Notes under the pieces: model-generated
What the model was told of the DNA's origin: nothing
Databases searched by the model: none
Seen by the model: the letters and a program-made list of their open reading frames with translations, nothing else
Position numbers and translations under genes: made by a program
In this document: positions 37,312 through 48,384 of the stretch, in pieces
Layout: each line of letters starts with the position of its first letter
Numbering within the stretch: the first letter of the stretch is position 1
Assembly (NCBI RefSeq): GCF_000281045.1
Contig: NW_008246081.1
Location: 384,986-448,985, forward strand
Reading direction: 5' to 3'
Length of the DNA stretch: 64,000 nt
Source of the DNA: Saprolegnia diclina VS20
Lineage: Eukaryota

Positions 37312-38473
37312 GTAGCCCTTCCCAGGCAGCGACGAGGACGAATTCCGGCGCAGCTTGCAGAAGCCTTCCTCAAGGGAGGAGAAGGACGGCGACACCGTGC
37401 GGGAGGAGGCAGCTCTTGCTCTCCGCGGGTATCCGTCGACGATCGGGCAAGGACGGCCGGTGCAAGCGCCGATATCTTGAGCCCAATTGGAAGGTCGGTC
37501 GCGGGCACCACTTTTATTCCTATCCGGATACGCTGCCACCCACGCCAGCACACGCTTCGCGCCCGGCGCACGGTATCCGGAGGACCCCCCGGACCAATCG
37601 CAGCGCGCGTGGGACGTCGGGGTCACGCGACGGCCGCCATGGCGCTTCTCATTGGTCGAAATCAGCGGCGCGGCGGTCACGGGACACGGCGTTTACGCTA
37701 GCACGTTGCACAATCAGCCCATCGTGTCTATCGCGAAATCTCCAATGTCAAAGAAAGCGCGCTCCGTCGTACTTGATCTTTGTCCCTTCCGAGCTCAAGT
37801 AACCTCCTCCTCTTCTTCTACGCTGGAGCAGTGACGGCTGCGCCGGGTGCCAGCGCGGCTGTTGACGGTGTAACCCTCGATCGACTTGCCACGTTGGCCC
37901 GCAACGGCGCCGCACTAAGCTTCCGTTTGACGCACGCCGAGAGTTCAAGCCGAGTGCCTGTCTTTGCCTTTCTAAGATCACGGTGTGCACCGCGACGGGC
38001 GTGTGCCCTCGCCTCGATGCTTCGCTTTTTGACGCGCTGAAGGACAACGTGGTGGGTGCGGTGGATATCCCTGGACATCGACTTCAACGTTGCTGCTCCC
38101 TGCCATGAGGCATTACGTGGACAGGGTATAATGTGCATACAAATAGCATGTCAAATGTCGGTTTGGGATGCAGAGACTGGGCTTTTGTATCAGGCCCGAG
38201 ATGCGTGCATGGCTCTTGGCCCGAAGGCCCGACGGGATTTTTAAAAATGTTGCACTGATCTCTCTAAAAATGTATGTCGTTGAACCCATCTTTTGAAAAA
38301 TCAATATTTGAATGGGCCGGGCCTTGTCGCACTGTCCAACACAGAGTGAATATTGAATGTGTCCGGCGAGCAGATAGGGATTCAAAAATTCAGCTGCTCG
38401 TAAAAAACGACCAGCCTGACTCGCACCCGCGAAAGCCATTTCCGAATTCCCGGCCTCCCAAGTAAACCTAACG

Positions 38474-38854
38474 ATGGACTGCGAAGACCTCTGCGCGTGC
38501 ATGATGTGCGGCGCCCTCTGCGGTGCCTGCTGCGCCGCCGCCGACGACGATGACCGCCGCCGCCAGGGCCCCGTCGTCGTCCAGACCGTCCAGCCCGTCA
38601 TGGTCGGTGGCCAGTACCCGCAGCAGCAAATGTATGACCAGTACGGCAACCCCGTGTACATGCAGCAAGGCCAGCCCATGTATGCCCAGCAAGGCCAGCC
38701 CATGTACGCTCAGCCCGGCCAGCAAATGTACGCCCAGCCCGGCCAGCAAATGTACGCCCAGCCCGGCCAGCCTATGTATGGTCAGCCGCAGCCGCAGTAT
38801 GGCGTGCCGATGGCGCAGCCTGCCCCGGGCTACCCTGGTGCCAACAAGGTCTAA
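38474..38854 (+). CDS. Small protein with Cys-rich N-terminus and Q/P/Y/G/M-rich repeats (126 aa)
   Basis: Intact ORF with strong codon bias: MDCEDLCACMMCGALCGACC followed by GQPMYAQ(Q/P) repeats. Confidence 0.8.
   Translation: MDCEDLCACMMCGALCGACCAAADDDDRRRQGPVVVQTVQPVMVGGQYPQQQMYDQYGNPVYMQQGQPMYAQQGQPMYAQPGQQMYAQPGQQMYAQPGQPMYGQPQPQYGVPMAQPAPGYPGANKV
38663..38782 (+). repeat. 24-bp coding tandem repeat, 5 units (Q-Q/P-G-Q-P/Q-M-Y-A)
   Basis: Units cagcaaggccagcccatgtatgcc and cagcccggccagcaaatgtacgcc read directly. Confidence 0.9.
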
Positions 38855-39239
38855 CCAACCTTGTCATCTTTAACTCATATATATATCATGACCTATTCGA
38901 TCTTGCCACGGTCTCTGCTTCATACGCTTCGTTCCTGCGGTCGCCTCGCCTCATCAATGCGCCGCATCCTCCCATGCACCCAGGGGTTACCCATAGGTCG
39001 TCGAGTCGAGATCAGGTCAGGAAGCGCAGGTTCCTGGTCGCGGGAGGCGGCTGCGGCTGAGAGAGGATCGTCAGTCACGTCAAGATCCAGCGCGCCAAAA
39101 TAAGTTGGACGTGCAGTAGCGCAACGTCGTTGGAGTATCCAGTTGCTCCGGTGAAATCATTCGGCTACTCGAACCGGTTACAATTGGGGACGAGCCAACG
39201 CCGTCAAACCGGTTCCAACACGAACCGGCAAACACAAAC

Positions 39240-40121
39240 ATGCAATTCCATCAGCGGGCCGACCTCAGCGGCGCGTCCGAGGCCGTGAGCTTGAGCGCGA
39301 CGCGGCAGCGTGTGAGCGCAGTGCCGGTCGAGCTCACGCTCCCAAACCAACAAGTTCTACTGGTACACGGAGCCTGAGCCCGTCATGCGCTGCACTCATG
39401 CTATGTGCCAGGGCTTCCCGAACCGACCACCTCCGCTCGACGCTGCCGACGATGGGGCCTTCAACAAGGTAGCGCATGCTATCGCCCTTGTCACGCACGG
39501 TATGGATGCGTATATAGGCGGTGTTTATGACCAACGCTATGCGCAAGCATCCCGATGTGCGCGAAAACCAGGTACCGCCATCTCGCTGGCCGTCAAACAA
39601 GCTGTACTCTAGATCCTCTTTGGCATCTTTGCAGTCGTCAACGTTCTCTTTACGAGCGCGTTCTTCCTACCAGCAGACGCCTACGGTATCCAACGACGAG
39701 CCATCTTGATGGTGCTTGACACTGCACCCAGGTCACGCATGGTACGACGTTGGCCCGTTGCCGCCGCAGGTCCCGACTACGTGGCCCGGTCGTCTCGCTG
39801 TGCTTGCATCGACAGGCGTCTCGCTCGTCTGCGGCGCCTATGGCGTTTACAAAAAGCGCCGATCCATCCTTCTGCTCTTCCTCCTCTGTATGTCCTTGTC
39901 TCCTCGGCGACTTGACTCATTTGGGTCGTAGACACTGCCGCACAGGATGCGCTGCTCTTGATGTACCCGCCCGTGTTTCTCTTGGTCCTTCGCATTCCCG
40001 TCGATGTCGTCTTGTGCGGCCTCGCGTACAGCATGCATGCAGCACTGGTACTACATACCCCCTCCATGGTATCGCTCATGCTTCCTTTCTAGTCGGCGCG
40101 GTGGTTTGTGACGAGCAATAA
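39240..40121 (+). CDS. Uncharacterised multi-pass membrane protein; 7 short exons
   Basis: Six GT-AG introns give an open spliced frame: MQFHQRAD...QVLL/GFPNR...AFNK/AVFMTNAMRKHPDVRENQ/ILFGIFAVVNVLFTSAFFLP.../...LVCGAYGVYKKRRSILLLFLL/YTAAQDALLLMYPPVFLLVLRIPVDVVLCGLAY.../SARWFVTSN*. Confidence 0.65.
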
Positions 40122-40165
40122 AAAGTAGCTTGCTTCTTCGTCATTACGGGAGGGTCGCAATGCGC

Positions 40166-41226
40166 TTACCCAAAGATGTAGTTCATGACCATGTAAAAGC
40201 CCACTGCGTAAACAAAGCCAGGGATCGGGAGGCCGCCCCAGGGCTGGACAACTGGCGCGGGCTGGATGAGCTCCTGCTCTTGAGGCGTCGGGGCGTTCGA
40301 GGCCGCGTCGGCGGGATCGCGCTTGTCGGTCTTGGCACGGCGCACGTGGCCGACACCTTGGAGTTCACCTTGCAGCTGGCGCATGCCCATCATGATCATC
40401 TACGCAAGGTCAATGTGCAAACGATTGCACGCTGCCGTTCGTACCTTGTTGCTCTTGAGAAGCTCCATGCTCAGATCGTAGTTTTCTTGGAGGATGTTGC
40501 GCACGAAGAAAGCGCCCATGGACCGGCACCCGTTCATGAACGGCGGGTAGAGCAAGTGCATAAACTGCACGAGCTCGTACACGGTGATTTGGGGAAAGAA
40601 GCGCGGGGACAAGCCACCCTATATCGACACTTGTCGTCACTTCGGATGCATCGCGAGAGTACCTTGGCGAGCGTAATATTGATCTCGGCGACAAACATGA
40701 GCAGGCAGCCCGAGTAGCTCCACGCGCGCACGTCCGAGACGTCGCCGAGCGTCATGACGTACGTCAAGATGCCCCACACAATGTAGTACGAGAGGAGGCT
40801 CGTGATACGGCTGACGTCCGTGAGCGGCTCTTTTGAGAGAGCAGTCGCTTCGCCGTAAAAATCGTACACGTCGCGCTTCTCCGAGTCGCTCAAGACGTCG
40901 TACGCGATGCGGAGGCGGTTGAAGTCGTCGGCGGCCGTCGGCGACGGGTTCTTGTCCGGGTGCAGCTCCACAGAGCGCGTCCGGTACGCTTTCTTGATAT
41001 CGTTGAACGAGCAATCGCGCGAGACGTCGAGCATCGCGTAAAAGTTGGGTGGGTTGTTAGCGATCTCGAGCCCGATCGAGATGCTCGCGAGCGCGACGAG
41101 GAATCCGATCGAGTAGAAGATTGCCATCGTGCGGGAGAAGCGCCCGGGCGCCCGAATCCAGTTGAGGCCGGGGTTGACCACGGTCGAATAGACCACCATC
41201 GTCGTCACGAACTGCGAGTGCCCCAT
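40166..41226 (-). CDS. Membrane-anchored J-domain (DnaJ class C) protein; 3 exons
   Basis: TM segment, then NFYAMLDV...KKAYR...LHPDKNP J-domain, several further hydrophobic segments and a C-terminal TM. Confidence 0.85.
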
Positions 41227-41588
41227 AGCTGCTGCGTCCTGCGTCCGTTGCGTGCTCGTCGCCGCAAGAAATACACAGCCGTCGGTCTGTCGTGACACGA
41301 GGCCATTGGTCAAAACCGTGCAGCGGTATCCGATGCCATTGGTTTAAATACTGGAAAAATAGAAAATACCTCTGTGTTTATAGCCAATCCAGGCGTGTCA
41401 CTGGCAACCTGCGATGGCATGACCGACTTCAACGAACGCTGGCACGTGGCAGCACCAGCGCCGAGTATGATACGCGAATCGCTTGCGGAGAAGCCGCACA
41501 CGACCAACGAGGCCTTCCCTGCGCAACGTCCAAATAAGATCTAGGGACACTGGGTCCGTGGAGTTTCGTGGTCTAAAATTATTCCGCC

Positions 41589-42875
41589 ATGCCGCAAGCC
41601 GAGGCGGCTGTCATGAGCGCCCGCATCAACCACCTGCGCAACCCTGGCGCGACGCTCTACAAGACAACCACCGTGCGTCATCTAGGTCGCGTCGAGGCCA
41701 AACCGAACGCGGCTCTCATTGCCGACAACGCCGTTGTGGAAGCGTTTGGCGCCGACAAGTGTCCCAAGCTGGTCCGTGCCCCCTCCGCGCGATGCCATCA
41801 TGCTCTTTGTCGTTTAGGCTCAACTCCTCAAGGAAGAGAACGAAAATACGCTTTTGCATGCACTGCGCTGCATCGCGGGCGTGCTCAAGATGCCGACAGA
41901 CGTGGTCAACAGCACCCACGACGAACACCACGTGCTCGAGCCGCTCGGCAACCTCGTGTACCACAACAACGCCGCGATCCGCCGCTTGGCGGCGACGGCC
42001 CTGCGCGTCTTTGCGTCCCACGCCGTCGGGCGCGCCGAGCTTGTCCGGTACCGAACGATGCGCAAGATTCTCAAGGTCTTTGGCCGCAACGACAACGAGC
42101 TCATGGAGCCGCTCTTTGATACAGCGCTGCATGTGAGCTCGACCATGTCGGGCGTCCGCGAGATGAGCCAACACGGGTACCTCCCGCTTTGCGCGCTCTG
42201 ACGTATGCGATTCAAACTGTATTTGCATGTAGGTACCCGGCGGTCATTCTCGAGAAGCTCAAGCGTGATGCGTCCGACAGCATCCGCGTGCGCGCGCTCC
42301 AGCTCCTCAAGGCGTTTGTGAACGACGGGATTCCCAGCACTGTCCTGCACATCGTCGAGCTCGGCGGTGTCGACGCAGTCGCCAAGTTTATCCACTCAAA
42401 GAACAAAGACGTACGTGACGAGATGCATCAACTTGTGACGCGCGCCTGTCTGTAGGTGCGCACGGCGGCGCTTCAAACCACCGGCGCGATGCTCTACTTG
42501 GAGCAAGGACGTAATAGCGCGATGCTCAATGGCGTCGCCAAGAAGCTTTGCGGCGTGCTCCAAGACCGAGACTCGTCTGTGAGCATTGTCGCCGCGGGCG
42601 CGCTCATGGTCCTCGCAGTCCACGACGGCGCCAAGCGCGAGATCTACGAGCTCGGCGCCCACACGGGCTTTCTCGCGCTCTTACATCGCCCCGAGTACGG
42701 CGTCCAGCTCAATACGCTCAAGCTCGTGACGGTCCTCGCCGCGCACCCGCTCGCGCGCGACGCCATGCGCACCAAGCAAATGGAAAAGACAATGCGCGAC
42801 ATGACCGAAGATACGAACGAGCTGCTCGCACGCTCGGCCAAACTCGCGCTCCGGGCTGTGCTATGGACGCCGTAA
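41589..42875 (+). CDS. Armadillo-repeat radial spoke protein RSPH14/RTDR1-like; 4 exons
   Basis: EAFGADKCPKL (resembles the AYG..ALPKL motif), ARM repeats, AAGALM, LNTLKLVTVLA, C-terminal AKLALRAVLWTP. Confidence 0.78.
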
Positions 42876-43203
42876 TACCAGCTCTCAACAACATTATACA
42901 GACTCCGTTGGCAGATGACGCACATTGTTGATAGCAGTGTCAATGGTGGATCGACAGCAAGCAACGTGTCGTATCATGGTGCACAGTACCCTAGTCCTCG
43001 TCGAGTCCGAGCCCTACCCCGATGCGGCGTCGCTGCCCGCCGCACGCCGTATTAGCGGTGCTGCGTCGCCAAGAAGGGACAGCAGCTCTGAGAGACCTCC
43101 TGCGAGTGATGGCCACGTGCAAGCTGCAAAGGGCATGATCGCGGTTCGAGTGTTTAAAACTCGGGAAGAAACGCGCCGGATCATTGGTGAAGCGGCGCGG
43201 ATC

Positions 43204-43600
43204 ATGTCGGAGGTTGAAGAGACGCTCGAGCGCATCAAGAACCACAAGGGTGTCGAAGGCTACGTGATTGCGGACAAGAACGGCGCGGTGCTGCGCCGCC
43301 ACCCGCACATGGACACGGCGAGCGCCGAGCGCTACTCGAGCTTCATGAAGGAGCTCACGACGAAGGCGCGCGGCGTCGTGCGCGACCTCAACCCCAAGGT
43401 ACGTACGACCACGACGACGCTCTTTCCGACATACGATGCATGTAGAACGACCTGCAGTACCTGCGCATTCGCCTCAAGAAGTTTGAGATCCTCGTCGCCC
43501 ACGGTACGACAAACCTCGCGTCTGCCCGCTCATGCATGCACTCGTAGAGAAGGAGTTCCTCGTCATTGTGATTCAGAAATGGTCGCCCAATGCGACGTAG
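43204..43600 (+). CDS. Dynein light chain roadblock/LC7; 3 exons
   Basis: MSEVEETLERIKNHKGVEG...KARGVVRDLNPK/NDLQYLRIRLKKFEILVAH/EKEFLVIVIQKW. Confidence 0.93.
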
Positions 43601-43642
43601 GACGACAAAGAAGCAATACAATCGTTGCGTGTACAGTCGTAT

Positions 43643-45403
43643 CTACGAGAGGCCGTGGAGGCGGGCCTTGACGAGCGCATGGCGGGCGACGACGTAGTCC
43701 CAGTCGTCTTTTGTCACGGTGGCGTGACCGACGCTCACAGCATGCAGTCGCACAACGCGCACCAAGCGGTGCAAGTCGTCCGCCTACCCCGAGCATGAAC
43801 CGTCATTGCATCGAAAGTGGTCATACCCCAACAGTCGCGTCGGCTCGGCGCTGGTCAATGTACCACTGCTCGGCCAGCGCCGCGCCTTCGTTGCCCAGGT
43901 CCGTGTTAAAGTGGCGGTAGACGGCGAGGTAGATGCGAAAGCACTGCAGCAGCGCGTCCGAGTAGGGTCCATCTCGCGTTGTCGTCGTCGTTGGCTGCAG
44001 CGGGACGTACAGCGTTGTCGGGAGGATCGACTAGCAGCAGCTGAGTGCATGGAACGACCGTCGGAGGCGCACCTTGGAGGTCGAGACACAAATGACTTTG
44101 GTATCTTGGTTGAACTCTTTCTTGTAGAACCGAAAGTCGTAGGGCAGCGCTTGGTGCTCGACGAGCGTCATGAGCGCAGCCATGTTGTGCGTCCCCTTGT
44201 CATCGAGCTACACGTCGGTAGATGCATAAAAGCCACATGCAGCAGTCAATGAACCTGTCCCGTGGTCAAGTTGGCCTCGTTGACGACGAGCGTGCTTCCG
44301 TCCGGCAGCTGCAGTAGCCCCGGGTGGAGGTACTCGATGTCGTAATCCTAGCATCCGACGACGTAAGCGCCAGGCAAACACACAAGCCATACCTTTTGAG
44401 GAAAGTAGAGCGCGTCGTGCAAGGCGGCGAGCGACAAGTCCAACGACAAGCACGATGGCACGAGCGCATGCAACGACTGCTCGAGCCCGGTAAAGTCCGT
44501 CGCGCTCATGGATGGCCAGATCACGTTGAGCGAGAGGTGCCCGAACGGCATCGAGACGTCCGAGCGGTTGTAGACGCGCGAGAGGAGCACGAGCAGGAGG
44601 TACTCGGCCACGACCATATCGCCGTGCGCCGCTGTCGTAGCGAGGTACCCCAAAAGCTGCGCCCGCATCTCCTCCACGGACGTTGGCTGACCCAGCCGCT
44701 GGGCCCACTCGGCAGCGGCCCACGCCGTCGGGTTGGCCATGTCCTCGCGGAAACCGACGTCCTGACCAAAGGATATCTCGCTGGCGTCTACCTCGCTCTA
44801 TGAGCCCCTCTTTCTTCGCGCTAGTACGGTCGTACCTGTGGCGTGCAGCGTAGGAATGAACTCGATGGCACGCGCCTTCTCTTGCACCGTCGCGCTGTCG
44901 GCGTCTTTCCATTCGATGTCCATGTCATCGGGCGCCGCCTGCGGCGTCAAGTCGAGCTCGCCCACAAACTCGTACACGTGGTTCACTTTCCATAGCGTGC
45001 TGCCGTACGCGCGGACAATCACCTGGAACGGCGTCGGCGCCAGCGTCGTCGGCAGCGCCATGGGCTCGGACACGCGCACCGCCGGCGCTGGCATCGCAGC
45101 GTCCACACACTCCTCCTCCTCCTCGTTCTCCCGTCGCTTAGTCTTGCGGCTACCACGGCTGGCGGCAGCCGTTGGGTGCGCTACCTCGGCGGTTGCAGCG
45201 GACGTTGCAGTTGCAGATGCCCACGCCGTTTGCGCTGGGAGGGCTTCGCACCGGTACGGCGTTGTCTCGACGTACGTCTCGGCGCCATCCTTCAGTAGCA
45301 GCTGCGGCTGCCCAATGTCCCGCACGAGGCCAACGAAGCGCACGGTCGCGCCATGGGCGATGACGCCTTGGTCGAGCCGCGGCCGCGTCAAGAGAGCTGC
45401 CAT
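43643..45403 (-). CDS. MCMBP: Mini-chromosome maintenance complex-binding protein (multi-exon)
   Basis: VRFVGLVRD; GDMVVAEYLLLVLLSRVY; YFPQK/DYDIEYLHPGLLQLPDGSTLVVNE; QALPYDFRFY; SILP; DDLHRLVRVVRL. Confidence 0.87.
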
Positions 45404-45501
45404 GCTTCGATTTTTTAACCGGTCACCGGATAACCGCGGGCGTTGAGTGGTCAGAGGAAGCCTTCATTTCGAAATCCCCACAGCGCCACCCAAGTCGCAA
45501 G

Positions 45502-46062
45502 ATGGCCCGTAGCACTTCCCCGTCCCCTCGCCGTGAGCGCAGCCTCTCGCCCGCCGGCCGCGGTGGCGACGACCGCCGGTCGCGCTCGCGCTCGCGCTCG
45601 GGCCACCGCAACGACGGCCCCAAGCGCATGCGCGGTACGGCCGCCCGCTGGAACGAGAAGGGCTTCGGCTTCATCAAGCCCGAGGACCCGTCGCAGAACG
45701 ACGTGTTCTGCCACTTCACGTCGATCCAGGACGGCAACTGCCTCCACGAAGGCGACACCGTCGAGTTTGAAATCCGGTTCGACGAAGCCAAGGGCAAGGA
45801 CCGCGCCGAGAACGTGACGGGCGGCCGCACCGAAGACCGCCGCGTCGGTGGCCGCTCGGGCGGTGAGTGCTACGACTACAAGCAGGGTCGCTGCCACCGT
45901 GGCGACTCGTGCAAGTTCTCGCACGACGGCGGTGACCGTGGTCGCAGCCGTGACCGCTATGACGACCGCCGCTACGACGACCGCCGCAGCCGTGACCGCT
46001 ACGATGACCGCCGCGGCCGTGATGATCGCTACGACGACCGCCGCGGCCGTGACCGCTACTAA
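45502..46062 (+). CDS. Cold-shock domain + CCCH zinc finger + RS/RD-rich RNA-binding protein (186 aa)
   Basis: RS-rich N-terminus; CSD GTAARWNEKGFGFI...DVFCH; CCCH finger CYDYKQGRCHRGDSCKFSH; RDRYDDRR repeats. Confidence 0.9.
   Translation: MARSTSPSPRRERSLSPAGRGGDDRRSRSRSRSGHRNDGPKRMRGTAARWNEKGFGFIKPEDPSQNDVFCHFTSIQDGNCLHEGDTVEFEIRFDEAKGKDRAENVTGGRTEDRRVGGRSGGECYDYKQGRCHRGDSCKFSHDGGDRGRSRDRYDDRRYDDRRSRDRYDDRRGRDDRYDDRRGRDRY
45949..46059 (+). repeat. Imperfect ~27-30 bp coding repeats (RDRYDDRR[S/G])
   Basis: cgtgaccgctacgatgaccgccgcggc-like units read directly. Confidence 0.75.
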
Positions 46063-46813
46063 GCGGTCATGTGTTTTGCGTAGGTCTGGAAACACCCGAG
46101 CAGCTCCAAGCAAAGAAGACGCGACAAGAAGGACGTAGTGTGTGACTTGGCTTAAATCCGTTCGGGGTATATATTTTCCTTTATCCACCGCCCCCATACC
46201 CGGCCGTGCGCACTGCTGTGTCGACGTCCCGGGTTTCCTCCTCGTTCCGTTCTCTCGCCGCCTCTGCATCCTGCACCACAACGCGACGGCTACCTCTCGG
46301 TGCGGCGACTCTTCACCTCTCATCTCCACGGCGCTGGGCGTAATCGAACCAACATGAATCATCCTCTTCTGTATCATTCAATCGCTTCCTCTTGCTCATC
46401 TACTAGCAGTGCGACAAAGGCAGGAAGCGTCCATGTACCGGTAGCATGCAGCTAGGCCTCGGCGAGAATCTCGCCACGTCACCGCGCGGCTCGACCTCAC
46501 AACCCGGCTTGTCAAACCTGTCAGACTTCATCCGAATCCTATGTATTTTAACAGTTCTTGACAGTCTATAATTAGTGTGATCTAGTTGTTCCCCGCTTCA
46601 ATGGAAGCGCAGCCTCCAGATAGCGCTAATTGGACTGTCCATGTGCTCACCTCATGCAGCTTGGTCTGGCGAATTATATCTGTAGACGAGTCCTGTCGGC
46701 GCCTGCCATCAGTTTGGCCCGTCAAGGTTCAAGCTAAATAGTATGAATGTGAATTGGTGCATTATCATGCCTGAAATACTGTGAGGGACACATCGTCGAC
46801 GGTGCAGCGAGCC

Positions 46814-48337
46814 ATGACCGACGGACCACCGCGAGTCGCCGGCGTCGTCGTCGCTGGCGTTGTGCTTCGCGCGCTCATCTTCTACTACGAGATCGACTAC
46901 GTACTTCAATACCGCCCGGAACTCACGACGCCATTGAATTCGCTGGAGCGGCTTCAAGAAGGCCTCTTCCTCGCTGGCGCCGGCTTGGACCCATACGCTG
47001 GCGACGTGTTCCACCAGCCGCCGCTCGTGTTGCTCGCCGCCATGGGCGTGCAATCGATGCCTCTTCACCTCTCGAGCCGGCTCGTGACGTGCCTCGGCGC
47101 GATTCTTCTCGACGTCCTCATTGCACTCGGCTTTGCCTCGGTCTGCCGCGCGTTCATTGCGACGCAGCACGCGCAGCAGTCGGAGAACAGCAAGGTGTGG
47201 CTCAACCACCCACCGCTCTCGCCGCTGCTGCAGCCCCGCTACCTCCCGCTGACGGTGGCTGCCGTGTACCTCTTCAACCCGTGGTCGCTCGCCACGTCCC
47301 TCGTGCGCTCGACCAGCCTCGTCACGTACGCAGCGATCGTGTGGAGCGTGGCGTTCGCCATGCAGCGTACGTCGTCGATCGGTTTGTGCTTGCGTCATGC
47401 GCTGCGTAGACCGCGTTCCGCTCGCGATCTGCCTGCTCGCGATCGCCACGTACATTGCCGTGTACCCCATCGTGCTCTTGCCGGCGCTGCTTCTCATGGC
47501 GTATCCAACCAAGCCCGTATTGTCGGCGGTGCGTTGTCCATCTCTTCTCCTGCTTGTGCTAAGACGCGTTTGCCTAGTCGTGGGGTCTTGCCACGAGCTT
47601 CTTTCTCCTGTACCTTGGGCTCTTTGTCTACCTCTCCAAGGTCGTCATGGGCGGCTGGGGTTTCCTCGATGTACGAGCGACTTGAGGCTCATGGGCCATG
47701 ACGACCGTGTCTCGTAGGCGACGTATCTCTGGGTCGTCCGGTATCCTGATTTGACGCCCAACATTGGCATCTTTTGGTACTTCTTCATGGAGCTCTTTGA
47801 CCGGTTCCGGAACTACTTCCTCTTCCTTCTGCACGTGCACCCGCTGCTGTACGTGCTGCCCGTCTACCTGCGCCTGCAGTACGTCATGCAACTCCATTTG
47901 CCTCGAGACTCATGCAAACGATGCGATAGATGCCGTCCGCTGGCCGCCACGGGCGTGCTGCTCGGGATCTTCGCCATCTTCGTAGCCTACCCCGCGCTGG
48001 GCGACTTTGGGCTCTTTGGCACGAGCCTGCTCTTACACCCGCGGTCGCTCATCGGTACGACCACTGCCTGCGACGGGGACGATGATGGACGATACGGCGA
48101 GTAGGCATGCGCCACACGTTTGTGCTGGCGACGGGCCTCGCGGTCGCGACCGTGCTCCTCCCCGTGATGCACTACCTCTGGCTCTTTCCGGGCTCTGGCA
48201 ACTCGAACTTTTTCTACAACCAGACGCTCGTGTTCCAGCTCTTTGGCGTCAAGGTCGTTGCCGAGTTCCTCACGGCGACGCTGCGCCGCGACAAGCAGCT
48301 CGACGAGTTTTGGAAGACGGCCAAGACCATGGGCTAG
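46814..48337 (+). CDS. PIGU: GPI transamidase subunit PIG-U/GAB1 (multi-exon)
   Basis: RPELTTPLNSLERLQEG...DPYAGDVFHQPPL; YLFNPW; DLTPNIGIFWYFFMELFDRF; GSGNSNFFY; many TM segments. Confidence 0.92.
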
Positions 48338-48384
48338 TGAGGTTTGCATACAAAACATACACGGCGCGACGCGCCACTAAGAAC

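Noticed and set aside
38663..38782. Short regular repeats as a CRISPR-like array
   Set aside because: Head-to-tail in-frame coding repeats without spacers, in a eukaryotic context.
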